Positions 21,751 through 31,439 of a stretch of 64,000 nucleotides of DNA are shown one piece after another; within the stretch, counting starts at the first letter, position 1, and every line of letters starts with the position of its first letter. The notes under the pieces are model-generated. The model worked only from the letters and a program-made list of their open reading frames with translations. It did no database searches and was not told the DNA's origin. The position numbers were made by a program, and so were the translations under genes. The stretch is from positions 310,001-374,000 of the forward strand of contig OW569373.1 of assembly GCA_937625935.1 (NCBI GenBank), written 5' to 3'. The stretch comes from Tetramitus jugosus. Its lineage: Eukaryota; Protista; Heterolobosea.

Positions 21751-21798
21751 CGCTCAACGTTTCATATTCGAAGTTGAAAAGACGAGTCAACACAAAAA

Positions 21799-23211
21799 AT
21801 GTCATCAACATCACAAGAGAAGAAGGATGATGACCATGCATCGACAACTCCCCGACTCAACCAAGTACGAAACAAGAATAAAAGAAGACGAAAACCTTCA
21901 CATAATCAACCGAATAGTAGTAATGGTCAAATAAACAAGAACAATTCTGCATTTCATCGGAGGAACAAGAGATTACAAAAAGATGATCAAAAGAGAGTAG
22001 TGGACAAGAGAGAGGGAACAAAGAGACGAAAATTTGAAGTCTTTCCGATACTTGAGCTCGCCACCGATGTTCAAATTGAAATTTTAACATTCTTGTCCAT
22101 ACGTCATCGAATGGATTGCGTCCGTCAATGCAGCAAATATTTTTACGCGTTGGTGGAATCGTCGGTGCAGTGTGTGGGACATGCTGTTGGTTTTAATCAA
22201 AAAGCGACAGAAGATTATGTTTACATGCGATTGGATCAGATTAGTAATTTGCTTCGTCACGAATGGATCAAGGAACACGTTGTTTCCTTGCATTTGTCAA
22301 ACATGTTGGATCGGAGTGTTAAAAAGTTGGATTCCAAGCGAATTTTAAGTCTTGCGAGTGGTAATATACCTTTTAGTCAATTTAAGCAGTTGAAGCATTT
22401 TGTGATGACTGAAACATTCAATTTGATCGATGTTGATGTGTTGTGTGATGAGTTGCCTCGATTGGAGTACTTTCAAGTTCCAAGATTGTTCTCTGAATTG
22501 AGTCGAGATAAAATTGTTCCGAACAATAGTGTCAAGGCACTTGTCTTGACAGCTCAGTCGATAGACATCCATTTAGTCGACTATATCAGACACAAGTTTT
22601 CTAATCTTGAGTATTTAGAGTTGGAGAGTGGATCGAATCAAAACATTGAGGAAGCAAGCATCACTTTGTTTTCGACACAGTACCCTAGCCCTCCGATTCC
22701 ACGCATTACTCTCAATTCTCGTATTGTGCAATCAACGTCGTGGCTAACAAAATTTTGTCAGAACGGTGCTTCATGTCTTGTAGAGCTCAATTTGAAAAAT
22801 ATAGGTCACAGCGACATGGATGACATACGGCCATTGCTTCATATGGCTCAAACAGGACAATTGAAGTGTGTATCATTCGGTGAATGTTCCGAGCTGGATG
22901 ATTATGAGATTGAGAGATTTCTGGTGCTCGGGTGCAGTGTAAACATTCATCTCGTTTGTTTTGAGTATGGTGCTGGTGGGCAATGTCCATGTTCAGGTCG
23001 AATGATGGATGATATCTACTATGCTCTCAATCTGCGGCATGAGAGTGAGAACAAATCGTTGAGACAAGTTGCCAAACTTCGAAGCAAATATCCTGGTTTA
23101 TTTTTCGTGAGCAATGAGAAGAGTCTGGGTAATCCTGTTCACAACAAGATGAAAAACATTATGTCTCGAGTGACTGGTCATTCATGGAATCACATCCTTT
23201 GCACCCAATAA
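21799..23211 (+). CDS. F-box protein with LRR-like C-terminal region
   Basis: F-box ILELATDVQIEILTFLS..VRQCSKYFYAL; LxxL repeats (FKQLKHF, LPRLEYF, FSNLEYLEL). Confidence 0.78.
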   Translation: MSSTSQEKKDDDHASTTPRLNQVRNKNKRRRKPSHNQPNSSNGQINKNNSAFHRRNKRLQKDDQKRVVDKREGTKRRKFEVFPILELATDVQIEILTFLSIRHRMDCVRQCSKYFYALVESSVQCVGHAVGFNQKATEDYVYMRLDQISNLLRHEWIKEHVVSLHLSNMLDRSVKKLDSKRILSLASGNIPFSQFKQLKHFVMTETFNLIDVDVLCDELPRLEYFQVPRLFSELSRDKIVPNNSVKALVLTAQSIDIHLVDYIRHKFSNLEYLELESGSNQNIEEASITLFSTQYPSPPIPRITLNSRIVQSTSWLTKFCQNGASCLVELNLKNIGHSDMDDIRPLLHMAQTGQLKCVSFGECSELDDYEIERFLVLGCSVNIHLVCFEYGAGGQCPCSGRMMDDIYYALNLRHESENKSLRQVAKLRSKYPGLFFVSNEKSLGNPVHNKMKNIMSRVTGHSWNHILCTQ

Positions 23212-23285
23212 ACCAAACCTGCTGAAAGGACACCGACTTCAGCTGTCACCGATCAGAAACACAAAACCACAAAAAAACGAATCAA

Positions 23286-24887
23286 ATGGAACACGAACAA
23301 CCACTCACAACAACAGAGACAGATGGTGCCACTAGCAACAACATTCCCATCGCGCCATCTGCTCCAATTGTAGATCAACAGCCAACCGAAAAGCAATCCA
23401 TCTTCAGAGGCATCCCCTACACTCTCATTCCAAAGCACCAAGCTCAGAAAACCATCTTCAATCGGGAGAATTTTATTGCCGCCACCGACTCATTTACGGA
23501 ATCGATGGATCAATTTCCTTTTGTGAGGGATCGACTCATACAAAGCTTTTCCAAACAGGCACCACCAACGACACCTTCAGTCAACCAACAAAAGGTTGCG
23601 CGCCAAAATGCTTCTACGACCAGTCGCACACTCTTTGAACATCGACGATCAATCAACCTTCAAATTGCCCTTCGAAAATTTCAAATCAAGTATAGCTTAC
23701 AAAAGTTAGTGTTGGCATTCAAGGAAATGGACACTTCTGTGTTCAGTCATCCTGATATGATCCAAATGTTTTGTGAAACAGCGTTCACAAACGAAGAATT
23801 TGAAACTGTTGCCAACTATTTGACTGGAATCAACAATCCAACATCTGATTTGAGTATTGCAGATCAGTTTTGTATCAAATTGATACAAAATGATTTGTCA
23901 TTCCATTATCAATTAAAGTGGTTGTTGTGGAGTCGTTCGTTTGAGCTGGAATCAAGAGTCGTTGGTGTCAAGAAGGACATATCAACAGTGAAATCAGCGT
24001 GTACAGAGCTGTTATCAAGTAAAGCTTGGATTCAGTTGTTGTCCATTGTGATGGGATTGCGTCAGTATATGGTTACTGATGTTAGTCTTGCGAACAAGGG
24101 TCAAAGCAGTCGGAATCGTGCAAGTGGTTCACTGCAACATGGCTTTGAGCTCAAAACATTGAATTCTCTCAAGATGATCAAGGGAAATCAACAAAAATCA
24201 AGTTTGTTGAACGAATTGGCATACATGATCCAGTTGATGCATCCAAGATTGGTGCACGATGTTTTGTTCGAGTTGAGTACTTTGTTGAGAACAGAGAAAT
24301 TTGATTATTACTTGTTTTTGCAGCAGTGTAATGAACTGTTTCGGTTATCTCAAATCTATGAAACAGTGTTGAGAGATATGGAGAAGGACGTTGTTCATCA
24401 TCCAAAATTCTATGAATGGATGTTGGACTCCCACAACATACTATCACAGTTCGGTTCTATCGTCTCAGACATCAAGCAGGAGTTTGATAGTATGAGCTCT
24501 ATGATTCAAGAGTGCGCTGTATTGTATCATATGACTGCATTGCTCAACACCAAAGAATCCTCGGGCGGTGGACATGAGAACTATACAATCATGAACGAAT
24601 TCAAGCTCATTATTTCGTTCTTGAAAGATTTACTATCCATTTGTAGTAATATCCGGAGCACTTCAAGTCCATTGATCTTTTTACCACAATTGTATAATAT
24701 CTGTCCGAACATCCAGAACAATCGAGCTCCATTCTCTGATATTGAAATTGTATGTCGAACAGAGGAACCCAAACCAAAACGAACCATATCTCGAATGCAG
24801 TACAATATGATGAAAATGAAACAAGATAGTAATCCATTAATCGCGCAGTTACTTGAAGGAATCACAGAAGATATGTTAATAGATTAG
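23286..24887 (+). CDS. Divergent formin FH2-domain protein lacking a poly-proline FH1
   Basis: RRSINLQIAL, LSIADQF, ACTELLSS..LLSIVMGLRQYM, HGFELKTLNSLKMIKG..SLLNELA follow FH2 knob/post motifs. Confidence 0.8.
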   Translation: MEHEQPLTTTETDGATSNNIPIAPSAPIVDQQPTEKQSIFRGIPYTLIPKHQAQKTIFNRENFIAATDSFTESMDQFPFVRDRLIQSFSKQAPPTTPSVNQQKVARQNASTTSRTLFEHRRSINLQIALRKFQIKYSLQKLVLAFKEMDTSVFSHPDMIQMFCETAFTNEEFETVANYLTGINNPTSDLSIADQFCIKLIQNDLSFHYQLKWLLWSRSFELESRVVGVKKDISTVKSACTELLSSKAWIQLLSIVMGLRQYMVTDVSLANKGQSSRNRASGSLQHGFELKTLNSLKMIKGNQQKSSLLNELAYMIQLMHPRLVHDVLFELSTLLRTEKFDYYLFLQQCNELFRLSQIYETVLRDMEKDVVHHPKFYEWMLDSHNILSQFGSIVSDIKQEFDSMSSMIQECAVLYHMTALLNTKESSGGGHENYTIMNEFKLIISFLKDLLSICSNIRSTSSPLIFLPQLYNICPNIQNNRAPFSDIEIVCRTEEPKPKRTISRMQYNMMKMKQDSNPLIAQLLEGITEDMLID

Positions 24888-24950
24888 TGCGATATCCATA
24901 CATAATAGAAAACGAGCAAAGAACAAGCATATATGTTAAAAAATATATGT

Positions 24951-26021
24951 TTAGTTAAACTCCTGAACATCTTTCATAATTTGCTGTACATCAATATATC
25001 GTGAGAAAACTTTGAGGAGTTTGTCAACCTTTGCTTCATCTTCCGAATTCATCTGGAGAAGTTCATGCTTCTTGGCACTCTGATTCTCAATCATGGGATC
25101 ATTCCTGCTCATTGCAATTGACATGCATGTTTGTTTCACGCACGTCACGTCTTGATGCTCTACGAGTCCGTGCTCCATTGGTATGAAACCGTACACCTTG
25201 ATATCACTTCTCACATGCTGCGCAAAGTAAATCTCAACATCCTTCTTCCTCTGTTCGTACAAGTCTTGAGGCACCTTGTTGAATATGACACCGATTACAC
25301 GTCGACGACGACGGAAACTACCATCGTGATCCGCAATTGTCATTCTCTGCTGTTCCTGCAAATCAAAATACTCCATATACAAACAGTTCAAATTGAACAA
25401 ATCGATCGCATTGCCCAGCGAACCACTCTCAAAATTAATAATTAACAAAACAGGTGCACTCAGCTCGTGAGCCACTCTCGCATTCGAACAACCAATGACA
25501 CTACCCACACTGGCATAACCAATTCCATCCACAATCACCCATTCACTCCTCAATGCCTCCACACTCTCCACCACCTTCTTTATTCTACTATTCTCCGATT
25601 CTCTGACCATATCGATCGACGGCATGAGTTCTGGGCTCTGTTCACGCTGCACTTCCGACGTATAACCATTGTAGTAAATGATGGGACCCATTCCAGTGAA
25701 TGGCAGCTTATGAGAGTAACAGTACTTCCAAACAGGTTGTGTATCGATGCATTGTGTGCAAGGTTTAATGTAACCAATGGGAGCTACTAGATTTTTCTTG
25801 TCATCGACTTCTGGTTGCACTTCTTGTTGTTCTTGTTGTTGTCTTTGCAGTAGCACTTGATCTCGGATCATGGCAATGAGGGAGAGGCAAATGGAAGATT
25901 TTCCACAGTGACTCTTGTCACCTGCAATAAACAATCGCAGTTGGTTCATGATGTTGGGATGTTGTTGATCAAAGTCTTCTTGTTTTTGTTGTTGTTCGTT
26001 GATCTCGGCTTTGAGCTTCAT
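24951..26021 (-). CDS. BioD/CobQ/Pta-N-terminal-like P-loop NTPase (AAA_26-like)
   Basis: IAGDKSHCGKSS, IGYIKP, VIVDGIG..SVGS..SNARVA, GVIFNKV; first ATG at 26021. Confidence 0.75.
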   Translation of the reverse strand: MKLKAEINEQQQKQEDFDQQHPNIMNQLRLFIAGDKSHCGKSSICLSLIAMIRDQVLLQRQQQEQQEVQPEVDDKKNLVAPIGYIKPCTQCIDTQPVWKYCYSHKLPFTGMGPIIYYNGYTSEVQREQSPELMPSIDMVRESENSRIKKVVESVEALRSEWVIVDGIGYASVGSVIGCSNARVAHELSAPVLLIINFESGSLGNAIDLFNLNCLYMEYFDLQEQQRMTIADHDGSFRRRRRVIGVIFNKVPQDLYEQRKKDVEIYFAQHVRSDIKVYGFIPMEHGLVEHQDVTCVKQTCMSIAMSRNDPMIENQSAKKHELLQMNSEDEAKVDKLLKVFSRYIDVQQIMKDVQEFN

Positions 26022-26109
26022 TTTCACCGCCAAATTCTAAAGCCAATTTTGTTCGACGTTTTTCGGAGTTTTTCGGAGAAGAAATAAACAAAACTCAAAC
26101 AGATTGAGA

Positions 26110-27135
26110 ATGCTGCAGTTGCAATTGGGTGCCAAAGTCAAGACGATATCAAAGCGTTTCTTTTCATGCACATGCATGCCTCGTGACAGTAATCAAGAAG
26201 AGAGCTTCAATCCACACAATCCAAATCCCATCTTCTCCGCTGGGACAGTTTCTCCGTTTACTCCGGTCCCCGATCATATTGTAAAGCCAAAGTATTACAC
26301 GACGGGACAAGCCAAATTTCATAACAAGATTCAATTGGTCAAGACTGAGGAAGAAGTTGTTGCTATGCGTGAGGTCTGTGCTCTCGCAAGAAAAACACTC
26401 AACTATGCAAGGAGTCTGGTGCGTGTCGGCATAACGACAGATGAAATTGATAGAGCTGTGTTTGAGTTTGTTGTGAGTCACAATGCCTTTCCATCGACTC
26501 TCAACTATAACCATTTCCCCAAGAGTGTGTGCACAAGTGTGAACAATGTTATCGTTCATGGCATACCGGATGATCGAGCCCTGATGAACGGTGATATCAT
26601 TAACATTGATGTGACAGTGTATCTCAATGGCTATCACGGTGATTGCAATGAGACGATATTTGTTGGTGAGGGTCATACGGAGCAAGTGAAACAATTCGTT
26701 GAAGTCACGCGACAGTCTCTGTACAATGCGATTCAAGTGTGTGGTCCTGGTGTCTACATCAATAAGATTGGAGAAACGATTGAGAATACGGTGAAACCTT
26801 TTGGGTATGCTATTTTGGAGGAGTTTACAGGTCATGGAGTTGGCAAGCATTTCCACAGCTATCCTACTGTGAATCATTACAAGACAAAACGGATTGAGGC
26901 AGGTCCGATTCAGATGTTTAAGCCTGGTATGACATTCACGATTGAACCAGTGATAAACATGTCAAGCAAGAGGTGGCGCATGTGGAAGGATAAGTGGACT
27001 ATTGTGACAGCGAATGGAGACATGTCCGCCACTTGGGAACACACACTGATGATTACCGAAGAGGGAGTCGAGGTTCTAACGGCGAATGAAGGAGAACAAC
27101 GATTCTACACACTTGAACACAACGTCAACAATTAA
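26110..27135 (+). CDS. METAP1D: Methionine aminopeptidase type I, mitochondrial (MAP1D-like)
   Basis: FPKSVCTSVN, HGIPD, DIINIDVT, GYHGD, GHGVG, FTIEP, EHT; basic presequence. Confidence 0.93.
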   Translation: MLQLQLGAKVKTISKRFFSCTCMPRDSNQEESFNPHNPNPIFSAGTVSPFTPVPDHIVKPKYYTTGQAKFHNKIQLVKTEEEVVAMREVCALARKTLNYARSLVRVGITTDEIDRAVFEFVVSHNAFPSTLNYNHFPKSVCTSVNNVIVHGIPDDRALMNGDIINIDVTVYLNGYHGDCNETIFVGEGHTEQVKQFVEVTRQSLYNAIQVCGPGVYINKIGETIENTVKPFGYAILEEFTGHGVGKHFHSYPTVNHYKTKRIEAGPIQMFKPGMTFTIEPVINMSSKRWRMWKDKWTIVTANGDMSATWEHTLMITEEGVEVLTANEGEQRFYTLEHNVNN

Positions 27136-27211
27136 GTAAACAAGTAGAGCGCTCTAAAAAGCAAGACCATTTTCGTTCGTGGTGCAATGCCGACGTTGCC
27201 TATGATGTATT

Positions 27212-28111
27212 CTAACCTTTGTGACATTCGATAGCTATATCAGTCAAGTGACCCATTCGGGAGGCTTCATACAATTTAAGAAAATGTGCTCCCCAACAAG
27301 GGGTGGAGTCAGAGACAGAAGGAAATCGTTTCCACTAGAGCCCGTTCTGTGGTTGAAATATGGAAGCAAAACTAGGTGCAATAAGGACATGAGAGTTGAG
27401 CATTGTCCAGTGCAAGGTCAAGCAATCCAGGATACAAAATAAAAGTTCTGTTGTCAGATCCCTTCAAGACAAATATCTTAACCGCGAATAACAACTCTTT
27501 GACAAGGGGAATCTGCCGAAAGGGAGGGTGATTGCCCAGTGGTTGTAACTTTCTGCCCACCATTCCTTTTCCTGCTCAAGTCGAAAGTCGAAAATTCCTA
27601 CCACCATATCAACAACTTTTCCGCAACTTAAGTGAACCATAGTAGCATTAGATCGAGCATCCGGGTGAGAAACCGAATGAAATTTGATCCATGTTTTGGA
27701 AGTATGTCGTATCGATGCAGATCATTCGTTGGTTTACCAGGGAAACCACCAAACGTAAACAAACATGTTGTCCTCCGCAATAAGCATCATCAGTACTCAA
27801 TGGTTCGGTTGCCGCACAATACTCTAGACTCGGATAATCTCCTCCTTGTTGAGAATCTTGTGGAACGGTTGAGTCAACTCCTTTCTCAAAGGATCACACA
27901 CCCTTAGAGCCTGTTCTGGAGTGAAAAAGGAAATATCAGATCCTCCATACCAATACGCTTTTCCTCCACCAGATACGATTGTGTGATTGAATCTGAGGTT
28001 TTAAAACATAAGAATACATCTGTATACTATCATCCATAGCTCATCTCATGACTTGCGCAACATCATTGCTCCATCACTCCTTCCACTCCATACTCTCCAC
28101 ATCCAACTCAT
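27212..28111 (-). pseudogene. Kelch-repeat pseudogene with several frameshifts and stops
   Basis: Minus-strand fragments in shifting frames: RFNHTIVSGGGKAYWYGG, LFTFGGFPGKPTNDLHRYD, SKTWIKF..PDARSNATMV, YGGRN, KVTTTG; ends HFLKLYEASRMGHLTDIAIECHKG*. Confidence 0.72.
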
Positions 28112-28126
28112 TGACGAATTTTTGGG

Positions 28127-28138
28127 TTTGGCGCCAAA
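28127..28138. promoter_or_regulatory. Palindromic E2F-like element TTTGGCGCCAAA in a divergent promoter
   Basis: Perfect 12-bp palindrome matching TTTSSCGC on both strands, between the Kelch pseudogene and the F-box-Rab gene. Confidence 0.4.
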
Positions 28139-28246
28139 ATGGCCTCTACTTAAAATGTTTGTAAGAAAAAAGTAATTCGAGTTGGAACGAATTCTTGAGT
28201 TCCTTCCCCTCACAAAACCAGCCAAACAAAAAAACCATAATCGAAC

Positions 28247-29275
28247 ATGACTGTCGCAGCACTGAGCTGGGATGAGCTCTCCCAGGTTCTGCTCTTTCTC
28301 CCAGCGTCCGACGTGTGTCACTATTCGCAGACCAATTCCACTGCATATGACTGTATCCTATCCAACCAAGACTTGTGGTCAGTGCTCCTGCAGAGAGACT
28401 TTGCTTCCATAATTGAACAATTGAAGCAACCACAAACAGCAGCTATGCAGAGTATCGCTGCAGCCAGCAACATGGTGGTGGATCAAGCCTGTTGTGACGA
28501 AATGAAGAATTACGTGTGCTACTACGTGCGATTTTACCAATTTCCGTTCGATCGAGTCGAAGCCAGGTCCATGTACGATGAAATGAGCAATCACACGATT
28601 TCCAAGGTTTTATTCGGTGTGGCATCCAGTCCATTGAATCTGTTGGTGATGAACACTTTGAAAAACGGACAACTCGATAAACCACAGAATGGAAACTATC
28701 CCGTGATCGGTATCGATTTCATGCTGGCGTGTATGGCTTCGAGACAGCCAAAGGTGACTCCAAACTTTACAATTCAACTTTGGCAGATTGGTCCAACACC
28801 AGAGAGATTTCGAACTATTTCAAGGGCCTACTATCGTGGTGCTCAATGCATGGTGATCACAGTAGACACTCAACATGCATGGGAAGAAGATTATTCTACC
28901 GATCATCCATACAGTTCTTACGGTCCGAATTCTTTGTCGAGAGCTCTGGCAGCACTTAAAGAGAGTCAACCAGCTTTACATCTTGTGCCACCAAGGCCTT
29001 GCAAAGGTGTGTTGATTGTTGGTGTCGGTGTTTGGTCAGAAGAAGCACCCATTTCAAAACAGAGATTCCTCAATGATTGTGCTCGAGTGTTTGATATTTT
29101 GCCTTTGGAGTACTTTGAGTTGACCGGCGATAATGCCCCAGTAATGTCAGATATTATAATGAGACGTTTTTATGCATTCCATCAACAGGCTGCTCTGGAA
29201 GATCCAGAAATGGTTTCCACTCAACCGAGAGCACAACAAGAAGCGCCTCCACAATCGAGATGCATCTTAAGCTGA
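28247..29275 (+). CDS. F-box fused to a degenerate Rab-like domain with C-terminal CAAX (CILS)
   Basis: F-box LSWDELSQVLLFLPASDV..DLWSVLLQRDF; Rab motifs IGIDF, IQLW, ERFRTISRAYYRGA; no GxxxxGK, DxxG or NKxD. Confidence 0.85.
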   Translation: MTVAALSWDELSQVLLFLPASDVCHYSQTNSTAYDCILSNQDLWSVLLQRDFASIIEQLKQPQTAAMQSIAAASNMVVDQACCDEMKNYVCYYVRFYQFPFDRVEARSMYDEMSNHTISKVLFGVASSPLNLLVMNTLKNGQLDKPQNGNYPVIGIDFMLACMASRQPKVTPNFTIQLWQIGPTPERFRTISRAYYRGAQCMVITVDTQHAWEEDYSTDHPYSSYGPNSLSRALAALKESQPALHLVPPRPCKGVLIVGVGVWSEEAPISKQRFLNDCARVFDILPLEYFELTGDNAPVMSDIIMRRFYAFHQQAALEDPEMVSTQPRAQQEAPPQSRCILS

Positions 29276-29336
29276 GCAATAAGCGAATTTGTAACACAAC
29301 GTAAAATCTGGAACAAAAAGTATCTCAAAATGCGAT

Positions 29337-29409
29337 CTCCTCCAGTTGGGCTCGAACCAACGACCTGCAGGTTAACAGCCTGACGCTCTACCAACTGAGC
29401 CATGGAGGA
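29337..29409 (-). tRNA. trnN-GTT: tRNA-Asn (GTT)
   Basis: TCCTCCA TG GCTCAGTTGGTAGAGC G TCAGGCT-GTT-AACCTGC AGGTC GTTGGTTCGAGCCCAAC TGGAGGA G: 73-nt cloverleaf, A and B boxes, downstream T-tracts. Confidence 0.96.
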
Positions 29410-29704
29410 ATTATGTTAATTCTCCGAATTAGCAGACGTCAGTCGAACTGCGAGAAAAGCAGGAAAAACGGGATAACATGTCTGGTGATTGGAATACGGC
29501 AACAGCCGTTATGCAGTGTGGACCACTGCACGGAAGGGCTCACCAAGTGTGAGAGAGTCCGTCATTACTGGCAATGGTGTCTCTCAGTCAGCTTTGCAGC
29601 GCTGGCCGATGAATTCAAACGGAAATAAACGGAGGTTTATTATGAGAGTTTTGAATAGAGTGGCAAGAGATTCTCAGTTGTATTCGGGTTCAGATAAATG
29701 CTGT

Positions 29705-31229
29705 TCATTTGATAATGTATTTTTCGATGACAGGAAGGTAGGATACCAAAGAAGACGCCATTACTGCTTGTTTGTAGGATACATGAGGATCGACTAGGAT
29801 ATCAGCGCTTCGACCATTCTTAGTTGGAGGCTTTCCTCCCATCGTCCTCAAAACGTTGGAGATTGGATTTTTCAGCCTGTCTTGAGCGAGAATAACCTTT
29901 CCTAAGAACTCACTTCCCGATGTCAGAAGAGGCCCTGCACCATATCTCGGTTGACCCGTGCCCAGGAAGTAAATGTTTCGATATTCGGGAACAAACATGC
30001 CAAATATCAATTGCGGGACATTGTCAATGGTCTCCACATACGATTTCAATAATGGTATACTATTGTAGTAACCAGTACAACAAACAATCATATCTACTTC
30101 AATAGAAGTACCATCTACAAAATTGACAGTTTTTCCACCAGGAAAGCTCTCAATGTCAGAGTGTGGTGCTATGCTGCCCAATCGAATATAATGCAACAAT
30201 TCAGAGTTGATGGTTGGATGGTGCTCAAACAATCTATGATCTGGTTTTTGTAATCCATATTTTTCATAGCGACCAAACACGACAAATGTTAGGAACTCCA
30301 AAAGAAGCTTCTGCAACCAGAGAGGTATATATGGACGAATCAACTCAACTGTTGGCACTCCCAGAATGGATCTAGGAATGAACCAATAACCTCTCCTGAG
30401 AGAAATATGAGTCTCCTGTGAGAATCGAGCACTCTCAACAGATATATCACATGTAGAGTTACCACCACCAATCACCAACACTCGCTTTCCTACCAATTGC
30501 TCAGGTTTCTTGTAATCTTTGGAATGGATCAACTCACCAGTAAATAATTCTTGTCCCGTGTACTTTGGCATTCTGCGATCCCAATGATGGCCGTTAGCAA
30601 TGACAACCCTTGTAGACAAGTGTTCTTTCCGTGCCTGTTGCCAAGTCCCTGATAGTCACCTTCCATGTCTTTCCATCATCTTGAGCCACCAAATTCGTTA
30701 CTTCACTCTGAAAAGAAATGTGTTGTCTCAAACGAAAGAAATCACAATAGTCATTCATGTACTTGACCATTTGTTTCGCACTGGGAAAGTCAGGATAGCT
30801 CTCAGGCATTGGCCAATCCTTGTACTCTGTTGTTTTCTTGCTGCTAATAATGTGTACCGTATCGTACACACCATTGTACCAATTTCCACCAATCTGAGCA
30901 TTTCGTTCGACAGCATCAAACGCAATGTGATGACGTTTCAATGAACCACAGACTGCCAAGCCAGAAAATCCAGCACCAATCACCAAAAACTTGTCCTTTG
31001 TGTCCAGAGCTTCATCTTTGGAAGCTTGATTCTTGTCGGCGGGCTCCTCTGTCCTCTCCTTTGCTTTAGCTTCTAGGTCTTCTTCTTGTTGCTTTTTCTT
31101 CACCAGATAGTGCTTGTAGCGATGATGAGACTGTATGGGATCACTCCAGTAGAACAGTACATCTGACCAATAGATAAAATAGAGAGCCAGTGCCAGAACA
31201 CCAACAGAAACAACCACCGCCAAAAACAT
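29705..31229 (-). pseudogene. Flavin-containing monooxygenase (FMO) with N-terminal anchor, split by one frameshift near 30610 (pseudogene or assembly error)
   Basis: GAGFSG, GGNWY, YPDFP in 30594-31229; VVIANGHHW, FTGELIHSKDYK, GGGNS, CTGY in 29705-30619. The YKG-VVIANGH junction is out of frame. Confidence 0.8.
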
Positions 31230-31439
31230 GATCCAAGTTCTTTGAGTTTGTTTCTGGCGGGAGAACTCACAGACGGAGAAATAGGAGAAAATATGTCGGA
31301 CAGTCCCGATAGTTCAAATGCATTCCCGGCTTGTCAGAAATAACATCTCGACTCCAGAAAAGCTTCTCTCGTGTATGTGATTCGAAAGATAACTTTGCCA
31401 TAAATCCCATAAACTCAACACACTCGTCGTTACAGAACC

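Noticed and set aside
26164-26877. 237-aa minus-strand ORF
   Set aside because: Fully antisense to methionine aminopeptidase; no motifs.
29221-29403. 60-aa ORF MAQLVERQAVNLQVVGSSP
   Set aside because: It is the translation of the tRNA-Asn gene.
30595-30665. Intron rescuing the FMO frameshift
   Set aside because: The frame-restoring GT..AG I found (25 nt) is very short and would delete typical FMO residues (WxVT..YxG).
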